Origin: Candidatus Bathyarchaeia archaeon
Lineage (GTDB): Archaea; Thermoproteota; Bathyarchaeia; Bathyarchaeales; Bathycorpusculaceae
Reading direction: 5' to 3'
Assembly: GCA_037481775.1 (NCBI GenBank)
Contig: JBBFKZ010000008.1
Coordinates: 1-64,000 of the forward strand
Length of the DNA stretch: 64,000 nucleotides
Shown here piece by piece: positions 57,078 to 64,000 of this stretch (positions are counted from its first letter, which is position 1; each line of letters starts with the position of its first letter). The position numbers and the translations under genes are program-made. Under the pieces are notes generated by a model. The model was not told the origin of the DNA, ran no database searches, and saw only the letters and a list, made by a program, of their open reading frames with translations.

Positions 57078-58613
57078 TTGCGTGGCGCATTACCATGTTT
57101 TGAAGATTTTGGGAACTTGCCAACCGACATCGTCGGGGAAGACGGGCTTGTGCATGGGGAAAAGGCGTCAGATGTGCTGGATATGCTGATAATCCCCGGT
57201 GGTAGTCTTATAGAATCTCAGAGTATAAGGGATAGCTTAGCAAGAGAAATATTGTGTATGGCTGAAGCAGGCAAATTTGTACTGGGAGTATGCTCAGGTT
57301 TACAAGTGCTTTCGAAGGCAACGGATATTGGACGCTTATCGGCTACGCCTATTTTGAGGGCAGGTCTTGGGTTATTGGATGTGGAATTTAAGCCCCTAAT
57401 ATGCACTGACCGCGTCTCCGCCACGATAGTGGGTGAAAGCTTCATAACCCGATTTGCCGAAGCCGAAGTCACGGGATTCCACTGCCATACTTACGGCAAA
57501 ATGATAATTCATGATAAAGCAAGGCCAATTCTGGTTTCCCACGTTCGGCGCGTCAATTATCATAATGATCCACAGGACATCGTGTCGGGCGTTGCCAACA
57601 AACAGGGAAATGTGGTGGGCGTGCTCATTCACGGCTTGCTGGATGAAAATCAAACCATAATTCAGAGCATAGTGAAGTCCTTGGACATATCCGCCAAAGA
57701 ACTTGAGGAGATAAGAAAGGCTAATTCAAAGTTAAAAGCCGAAATCAAAAACGAAATAGGCATAGCAACAAGCATTAGAGCACGCCGAGGTGCAGGCTTT
57801 TTACCGAAAAACCCAGTCTTTCTTCTAATAACAGCAACAAGCAGTGGGTCAGGAAAAACTTTTGTTGTAAGCGGCATAGCCAGCGCATTAAAAAAGAGAG
57901 GCGCCAACGTGTCGGTGATTAAAGTTGGCGGAGACATACGTGATCTCGTGCCAGCACTTTATCTGATTAAAGAACCACTGAAAGTTTATTCTTCAATAAA
58001 AATTGGTGAAAGCGGCTGGCGGCCACTGCATCAGGTGATTAAGGAAGCAAGCAGAGAATATGATTTCATTCTAATCGAGGGCGCCATGAGCACTTTTACA
58101 GGATTGCTTAACGAAGAGGCCGAGCGACCTTCCTCAACGGCTGAAGTGGCATTGGCTCTGGGTGCTCCCACCGTTATCGTTGTGGGCTGTGATAAGGAAG
58201 GAATCGAAGGCGCGGTAATAAATGCTCTTAATTATGCGCAGCTCATGAGGAGGCTTGGCGTAAAAGTGGCTGGTGTTATCTTAAATAAAGCACGAGTTAG
58301 CTACTTGACCGATGAAGCAAAAATGCTTATTGAACGCGCATTTAACAATATCGGAGTTGAATTGCTTGGCATAATACCGCGTGTTGAGCTGGAAGGCAGA
58401 GGCATGATCCCGGAGGTTGAAATAAAATATGAAGACTTTGGAAGCAAAGCCCTTGAAGCAGCAGAACAATATTTGGACATCGAGAGGCTGACGGAACTCG
58501 CCGCTCCCGTGGAGAAAAGCGAAGTAAACTACAGGGTATTTTTGGAGAAATTCAAAAATTTACTTACAAACTTCAGTCCAAGCACGCGCGAAAGAAAGAG
58601 GCGAAAAATGTGA
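57078..58613 (+). CDS. CobB/CobQ-related amidotransferase with N-terminal type 1 GATase and C-terminal P-loop (CbiA/BioD-like) domain
   Basis: IPGGSL, GVCSGLQVL (catalytic Cys), HGLLD; then SSGSGKT, ILIEGAM, GVILNK. Confidence 0.75.
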   Translation: MRGALPCFEDFGNLPTDIVGEDGLVHGEKASDVLDMLIIPGGSLIESQSIRDSLAREILCMAEAGKFVLGVCSGLQVLSKATDIGRLSATPILRAGLGLLDVEFKPLICTDRVSATIVGESFITRFAEAEVTGFHCHTYGKMIIHDKARPILVSHVRRVNYHNDPQDIVSGVANKQGNVVGVLIHGLLDENQTIIQSIVKSLDISAKELEEIRKANSKLKAEIKNEIGIATSIRARRGAGFLPKNPVFLLITATSSGSGKTFVVSGIASALKKRGANVSVIKVGGDIRDLVPALYLIKEPLKVYSSIKIGESGWRPLHQVIKEASREYDFILIEGAMSTFTGLLNEEAERPSSTAEVALALGAPTVIVVGCDKEGIEGAVINALNYAQLMRRLGVKVAGVILNKARVSYLTDEAKMLIERAFNNIGVELLGIIPRVELEGRGMIPEVEIKYEDFGSKALEAAEQYLDIERLTELAAPVEKSEVNYRVFLEKFKNLLTNFSPSTRERKRRKM

Positions 58614-59278
58614 TTATAGATTTCAAGTTCGATGGAAAATACGTTGTCATAATTGGGGGAGGCGAAGAAGCGTATAGGAAAGTCTTGAGTTTCTTGGACG
58701 CTGGCGCAAAAATTTTGCTTGTTAGCCGAAGCTTCAAAGACGACATAAAGAAGCTTCATCAGGAGAAAAAGATTAGCTTGCTGAAGGTGGACATTAAGGA
58801 CGGGGAAGCTTTTTTCAATCAGCTAAATCCGAAGCCAGACGTACTGGCTATTGCTACAAGCGATCAGAAGCTGAACACGCAACTTTCCAAGCTTGCCCAC
58901 TCAGCAGGCTGCATGGTTTACGTGGCAGATAACCCTGCAATAAGCGATTTTATACTTCCAGCTATAGCGAAAATTGGCGATGTGAGAATAGCGGTATCTA
59001 CAGGCGGAAAGAGCCCTGCAATGGCGAAGATTCTGCGAGATAAAGTAGAGAAATTAATCACGAAGGAAGATTTGCTTCAGATTAAACTGCAAGCGCATAT
59101 GCGCACGTTGCTGAAGCAGCAAATAGCCGATCAGAAGCTTCGGAAAAAGATTCTCTACAAAATATTGGAAGATGAGCATGTGAAGGAGCTTTTGAGCGAT
59201 GGCAAGTTTGACGAGGCGCAGAGAGTAGCGCAAGAGATAGCGGAAAATGTTCAGGTCTGGCAGGAGGTGCAGTTATGA
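58610..59278 (+). CDS. sirC: Precorrin-2 dehydrogenase (SirC/CysG N-terminal-like)
   Basis: IIGGGEEAYRK, ATSD, VADNPAISDFILPA, AVSTGGKSPAMA. Confidence 0.88.
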   Translation: MIIDFKFDGKYVVIIGGGEEAYRKVLSFLDAGAKILLVSRSFKDDIKKLHQEKKISLLKVDIKDGEAFFNQLNPKPDVLAIATSDQKLNTQLSKLAHSAGCMVYVADNPAISDFILPAIAKIGDVRIAVSTGGKSPAMAKILRDKVEKLITKEDLLQIKLQAHMRTLLKQQIADQKLRKKILYKILEDEHVKELLSDGKFDEAQRVAQEIAENVQVWQEVQL

Positions 59279-60255
59279 GTTTTCCCGCGGTTAGAATGAG
59301 AAGACTCCGCAGAACCAAAACCCTACGTGAGGTGATGCGCGAGGTTAGGCTTCATCCAAACAACTTGGTATATCCCGTTTTCGTTGACGAAAATGCACGT
59401 GCTCCCGTCCCCATTGAGTCGATGCCGGGCTATTCACGATTGCCAATTCACGGCGTGGTGGACGAAGCTCGACAGGTGGTTGAGCAGGGCGTAAAGGCAG
59501 TGATTCTTTTTGGTGTTCCATCGAAGAAGGATGAAATAGGCTCGGCTGCATTTGCTGCTGACGGCGTTGTTCAAAAAGCAGTTCAGCTCTTGAAGAAAGA
59601 ATTCGGCGACGAACTTGTTGTGGCTACCGATGTTTGCCTTTGCGAGTACACAGTACATGGACATTGCGGCGTGGTAAAGAACGGGCAGATTACGAATGAT
59701 TTGACTCTTGAAATTTTGCAGAAAACAGCTGTGAGCCACGCGCATGCTGGTGCAGACATCGTGGCGCCTTCAAGCATGATGGATGGGCAAGCCCGATTTA
59801 TTAGAGAAGCACTGGACGATGCTGGTTTCAGCGAAGTTGGAATAATGGCTTACTCAGCGAAGTTTGCCTCCTGCTTCTATGGTCCCTTCAGAGATGCGGT
59901 GGAATGTGCACCAAAATTTGGCGATAGACGCAGTTATCAGATGGATTATGGAAATCTGCATGAAGCACTACGAGAAATGGAGCTTGACATAAACGAGGGC
60001 GCTGACATAGTTATGATTAAGCCAGCGTTAGCATATTTGGACATAATAAGCTTGGCTAAATCAAGGTTTAACGTGCCTATTGCGGCTTATAACGTGAGCG
60101 GAGAATACGCCATGGTGAAAGCAGCCGCCAAAATGTGCGGGATAAACGAGAAAGCGGCTGTTCTTGAAATTTTGATGGCAATCAAACGTGCAGGCGCAGA
60201 CCTCATAATCACGTATTTCGCGAAGGACGTAAAATCATGGATAAATCAGCAGTAA
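59275..60255 (+). CDS. hemB: Porphobilinogen synthase
   Basis: RMRRLR, DVCLCEYTVHGHCG, APSSMMDG, YSAKFAS..YGPFRDA, IKPA, AYNVSGEY. Confidence 0.97.
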   Translation: MSFPAVRMRRLRRTKTLREVMREVRLHPNNLVYPVFVDENARAPVPIESMPGYSRLPIHGVVDEARQVVEQGVKAVILFGVPSKKDEIGSAAFAADGVVQKAVQLLKKEFGDELVVATDVCLCEYTVHGHCGVVKNGQITNDLTLEILQKTAVSHAHAGADIVAPSSMMDGQARFIREALDDAGFSEVGIMAYSAKFASCFYGPFRDAVECAPKFGDRRSYQMDYGNLHEALREMELDINEGADIVMIKPALAYLDIISLAKSRFNVPIAAYNVSGEYAMVKAAAKMCGINEKAAVLEILMAIKRAGADLIITYFAKDVKSWINQQ

Positions 60256-60276
60256 TTGTCAGCGTGGTTGTTTGAA

Positions 60277-61203
60277 ATGATGTTGACGGTGGGCACGAGA
60301 GGAAGCAAGCTTGCTTTGATACAAACAGAAAGCGTGCTTGAGAGCCTCAGGCGCATCTATCCAGAGATGGAGTTCAAAGTCAAAGTTATCAAAACAGCAG
60401 GTGATAAAGTAAGAAATAAGCCGCTTTTCACCATTGACATGAAAGGAATTTTTGAAAAAGAGATAGATTTGGCCATCGCAAAAGGCGAAGTTGATTTCGC
60501 CGTGCACAGCTTGAAGGACGTTCCAACATTGGAGTCTTCAGAGACGGTGATAGCGGCGATACCTAAGAGAAACTCGCCACATGATGTTCTCATATCGAGA
60601 GGTAATGTTCCATTTGTCAGCTTGCCTAATGGCGCTGTTATAGGCACCGGCAGCCTAAGACGGCTTGCACAGGTTAAATTTCTACGCCCCGATTTAGAAG
60701 TGGTGCCTATAAGAGGCAATGTGGACACGAGAATTCGAAAAGTAAAAAGAGGAGAGCTTGACGGAATTATTGTGGCGGAAGCAGGGCTTGAAAGACTTGG
60801 ACTGCAGAGCCTAATCGCAGAACGCTTCTCCTTGAAGCAGTTTACCTCTGCTGCGGGACAAGGTGCGCTAGCTGTAGTCGCAAGACGAGATAATGAAAAA
60901 ATCATCAAACTAGTCAGCGCCGTTGACGATGCGCCGACAAGGGCAGAAGTCACTGCTGAAAGAAGTCTTGTCCTCGCTCTCGAGGGCGGCTGCCGCGTTC
61001 CAATAGGCGCAATTGGCCGAGCGAACAATCAAACTTTAACGTTTTATGGATGCATCTTTTCGCTTAAAACTCATGAGAAAATCTCCGCCTCTGCAAAGGG
61101 CACCTTAAAGGAAGCCGAAGATTTAGGCAGAAAAGTTGCCCATCGACTTTTGGAAAAGGGAGCTAAACGATTTGAAGCAGAATGGAGAGAAAAATATGGG
61201 TAA
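60277..61203 (+). CDS. hemC: Hydroxymethylbilane synthase
   Basis: GTRGSKLALIQ, AVHSLKDVP, GTGSLRR, IRGNVDTR, GQGAL, LEGGCRVPIG. Confidence 0.96.
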   Translation: MMLTVGTRGSKLALIQTESVLESLRRIYPEMEFKVKVIKTAGDKVRNKPLFTIDMKGIFEKEIDLAIAKGEVDFAVHSLKDVPTLESSETVIAAIPKRNSPHDVLISRGNVPFVSLPNGAVIGTGSLRRLAQVKFLRPDLEVVPIRGNVDTRIRKVKRGELDGIIVAEAGLERLGLQSLIAERFSLKQFTSAAGQGALAVVARRDNEKIIKLVSAVDDAPTRAEVTAERSLVLALEGGCRVPIGAIGRANNQTLTFYGCIFSLKTHEKISASAKGTLKEAEDLGRKVAHRLLEKGAKRFEAEWREKYG

Positions 61204-61951
61204 GGGTAAAGTATTTCTTGTCGGTGCAGGACCAGGCGACCCCGCTCTGCTTACCTTAAAGGCTGTCGAAGTTCTGAAAGCAGCTGACGTGGTAATTTAT
61301 GACCGATTAGTGAACGAGACTATCCTCAATTTTGCATCAAAAACCGCAGAGAAAATTTACGTTGGCAAAAGTGCGGGAAAACACGAGTTGACACAGAAGA
61401 AGATTAACGAGTTGCTGGTGAAAAAAGCGCTTGAAGGCAAAAAAGTAGTCAGGCTGAAAGGCGGCGACCCCTTTATCTTCGGCAGAGGCGGCGAAGAAGC
61501 AGAAGTCTTAGCTGAAAAGCACATAGCCTTCGAAGTGGTGCCTGGCATCACATCAGCTGTTGCAGCGCCAGCCTATGCGGGCATACCGCTTACGCATAGG
61601 GATTATGCCTCTTCGGTTGCCATCGTTACGGGGCATCGTGCAGAAAACGGCGGAAAAAATGTTAAATGGGCTGAGTTGGCGCGTGCCGTGGACACGATTG
61701 TCATACTGATGGGCGTAGAACTATTGGAGTCCACAGCAACCAAGCTTATTGAAGGCGGATTAGCCACAGACACGCCAGTCGCCATAATCGAGCAGGGAAC
61801 CTCAACGCAGCAACGCAGCGTCATCGGCAAGCTTGGCACAATAGCGCAGACAGCGAGGGAGAAAGGCGTGAAACCGCCTGCAGTCATAGTCATAGGCAAA
61901 GTCGCTCTTTTAGGAGAGAAACTAGCATGGTTCATGAAGACTTTACATTAA
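61196..61951 (+). CDS. cobA: Uroporphyrinogen-III C-methyltransferase
   Basis: VFLVGAGPGDP, YDRLV, RLKGGDPFIFGRGGEE, AGIPLTHR. ATG at 61196. Confidence 0.95.
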   Translation: MGKGKVFLVGAGPGDPALLTLKAVEVLKAADVVIYDRLVNETILNFASKTAEKIYVGKSAGKHELTQKKINELLVKKALEGKKVVRLKGGDPFIFGRGGEEAEVLAEKHIAFEVVPGITSAVAAPAYAGIPLTHRDYASSVAIVTGHRAENGGKNVKWAELARAVDTIVILMGVELLESTATKLIEGGLATDTPVAIIEQGTSTQQRSVIGKLGTIAQTAREKGVKPPAVIVIGKVALLGEKLAWFMKTLH

Positions 61952-62766
61952 AAGGCAGAACTATCGTTGTTACTAGACCGCGAAATCAGGCTGAAGAGAC
62001 AATGCGGTTGATTATAGAAAAAGGCGGGAACCCATACCTTCTGCCAACCATAGAGATTAAAAGTTCTGGCTTATCATCGGATATTAAAAAGTTCGCTGAC
62101 GCTCTGGCGAAGGGCGAAGTGGATTATGTCATTTTTATGAGCGTTAACGGCGTGGAACACCTGCTAAAGGCAGCTGAAAACCTTGGTCTGGGCAATCAGC
62201 TTAAAAGGAATTTGGAGAAAGTTAGGATAGTGGCTGTCGGACCGAAAACGGCCAAGGCGCTTGAAGAACATCAAATCAGAGTTAACTTGATTCCGCCAGA
62301 TTATACTTCTGACAGTGTAATAGAATGCTTACGGCAACAAGGCGTCTCTGGTAAGGCAATATGGATTCCGAGAACCAAGCAAGCATCGTCGAATATGGCG
62401 GAGAAACTGCATGCGCTGGGAAGCGCTGTGCATGAAGTTTACGTCTATGAGTCACATCTTCCAGCAGACCCAAAGCTGGCAACGCAGTTTCTTCAAGATT
62501 TAAGCGGCGGTCAGCTTCACGCGATTATATTCAGCAGTTCACTTGGAGTCAAAAACCTCTTCCACATGCTGAAGACACATGTTTCCGCCGAGGAACTTCG
62601 TGCTTTACTGGACAAGATAACTATCGTGGCGATCGGCCCTAAAACAGCGGAAGCATTAGCTGAAATGGGTTTAAAGGTTGATGTGATGCCTAAAACGTAT
62701 TTGCTTGAGGATGCGCTGAATGCTTTGGCACAACACTGGAGTGATAAAAGTTTTGTGGAGGCGTAG
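61927..62766 (+). CDS. hemD: Uroporphyrinogen-III synthase
   Basis: VVTRP, FMSVNGV, AVGPKTA, VYES, FSSS, AIGPKTA. Confidence 0.9.
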   Translation: MVHEDFTLKGRTIVVTRPRNQAEETMRLIIEKGGNPYLLPTIEIKSSGLSSDIKKFADALAKGEVDYVIFMSVNGVEHLLKAAENLGLGNQLKRNLEKVRIVAVGPKTAKALEEHQIRVNLIPPDYTSDSVIECLRQQGVSGKAIWIPRTKQASSNMAEKLHALGSAVHEVYVYESHLPADPKLATQFLQDLSGGQLHAIIFSSSLGVKNLFHMLKTHVSAEELRALLDKITIVAIGPKTAEALAEMGLKVDVMPKTYLLEDALNALAQHWSDKSFVEA

Positions 62767-62772
62767 AGCAGG

Positions 62773-63927
62773 ATGAAGTCAGCTTTAAGTCTAGCACGTG
62801 AAGAGATTAAGCAGCTTAAGCCCTGCATACATGGCGGAGAAATCTGGGACATCATTGGTAAACGCGCTTCAAGTAGCGATAAGGTTTACGACTTCAGTTC
62901 AAACGTTAACCCGTTGGGACCTTCTCCGAAAGCTATCGAAGCAATAAAAAATAGTTTGGAGCTGATCTCGTCTTATCCAGATCCTGATTCCACAAACTTG
63001 CGGGATGCTATCTCCCGCTGTTTCAAGGGAATACGCAGAGAAAACGTGATTGTGGGAAACGGTTCCACCGAACTCATTTACTTATTCGCAGATGCTTTCA
63101 TGGGTAAAGGCGATGTAGCGCTTATTCCTGTGCCCACTTTTGGAGAGTATGAAAAGGCGGTGAGAAAGACAGGCGCACACCCGAAACTTGTAAAATTGGG
63201 ACCAAACTTCAAGGCAGAACCACCAATTTTCATTCGTGAAATGAAGGGAGCAAAGGCTGTTTTTATATGTAATCCAAATAATCCCACGAGCATGCTTATG
63301 TCCCGCGACGATGTAGCAGAAATCGTTGAAGAAGCTCTTGCAGCGGATGCACTTGTCTTTCTCGACGAGGACTTCATCGAATTTGTTGACGAGGAAAAAC
63401 AGTTTTCGTTTGCCGGCGAAACAAAGCGTTATCCTAACCTTTTCGTGCTGAGATCATTCACCAAGTTTTTAGGGTTAACCGGCTTAAGAGTAGGCTACGG
63501 AGTCGCGGCTGAAGATACAATAAAAATCATGTCCGCTGCCAAAGCACCCTGGAATGTTAATTGCTTAGCCCAGGTCGCAGCAGTAGCAGCGTTAGAAGAT
63601 GAGGAGCACGCGAATAGAACGAGCAAGCTCATCAAAACTGAAAGAGATTTTTTGACATGCGAATTAAGTAAAATTGGCGTTTTAAAGGTGTATCCCGCTG
63701 AGGCCAACTTCTTCTTTATAGACATCCGGCAGTCGGGCTTTACAGCAGCCAAGCTTAAGCGGAAACTGCTGGGTTATGGCGTTCTAATAAGAGACTGCAC
63801 ATCATTCGCCGGCATTGATGAATATTACATTCGAGTAGCTGTTAAAACACGGCGAGAAAATGAAAAGCTGCTTGAAGCGCTCAGAAAAGTCTTGGGAAAA
63901 AACGGTGAGTCAGCAAAAACAAGGTAG
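62773..63927 (+). CDS. cobD: L-threonine-O-3-phosphate decarboxylase (HisC-like PLP enzyme)
   Basis: HGG, DFSSNVNPLG, GNGSTELI, CNPNNPT, RSFTKFLGLTGLRVGY, LIRDC..F, RVAV; cobalamin gene context. Confidence 0.85.
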   Translation: MKSALSLAREEIKQLKPCIHGGEIWDIIGKRASSSDKVYDFSSNVNPLGPSPKAIEAIKNSLELISSYPDPDSTNLRDAISRCFKGIRRENVIVGNGSTELIYLFADAFMGKGDVALIPVPTFGEYEKAVRKTGAHPKLVKLGPNFKAEPPIFIREMKGAKAVFICNPNNPTSMLMSRDDVAEIVEEALAADALVFLDEDFIEFVDEEKQFSFAGETKRYPNLFVLRSFTKFLGLTGLRVGYGVAAEDTIKIMSAAKAPWNVNCLAQVAAVAALEDEEHANRTSKLIKTERDFLTCELSKIGVLKVYPAEANFFFIDIRQSGFTAAKLKRKLLGYGVLIRDCTSFAGIDEYYIRVAVKTRRENEKLLEALRKVLGKNGESAKTR

Positions 63928-63941
63928 CTTGGAAAAAGAGT

Positions 63942-64000
63942 ATGTTCACGGCAAATCTTTCCTTTCTTGTGGATTCTCTGCTGATTTTATTTTTAGCGTT
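63942..64000 (+). CDS. Start of a membrane protein, probably CbiB (truncated by window end)
   Basis: ATG TTC ACG... gives MFTANLSFLVDSLLILFLA, hydrophobic, directly after cobD; identity inferred from context only. Confidence 0.4.
   Translation, partial: MFTANLSFLVDSLLILFLA

Noticed and set aside
60357-61028. Long antisense ORFs (also 36440..37033, 54783..55298, 16568..17092)
   Set aside because: Shadow frames opposite well-conserved genes, with no motifs of their own.

Overview
Archaeal chromosome segment. It looks Bathyarchaeia-like (inferred from the PQQ-type beta-propeller surface protein, frequent TTG starts, archaeal SecY/uL15/Cmk, TATA-box promoters and a BHB-intron tRNA). Bases 1-24.3 kb are mostly housekeeping genes: a glycosyltransferase/radical SAM cluster, a broken spc-operon tail (hsp20-rpl15-secY ... 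DUF106-cmk, with a beta-propeller gene where adk normally sits), an orphan cheW-cheB-MCP trio, ssb, apgM, htpX, a GT4, a bacterial-type pfkA and a tRNA-Tyr(GTA) with two introns. From 24.4 kb to the end is one ~40 kb tetrapyrrole/cobalamin supercluster. It holds anaerobic cbi genes, hemABCD/cobA/sirC, cbiMNQO, a His-rich Ni/Co permease, two CobN paralogs, a ChlI-ChlD fusion, three BtuF-like binding proteins, BtuCD, CbiZ and an ABC-2 exporter. The most striking signal is non-coding. Five promoters in the cluster carry a 17-bp palindrome (GGATGGATTATCCATCC-like) just downstream of the TATA box. Four of them also carry a 27-bp TTCAAC-N15-GTTGAA-like element exactly 6 nt upstream of TTTATA, and one copy of that element overlaps the start codon of a divergent winged-helix regulator. 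This suggests a riboswitch-free, two-operator archaeal cobalamin/cobalt regulon. All calls are by eye, with no database searches.
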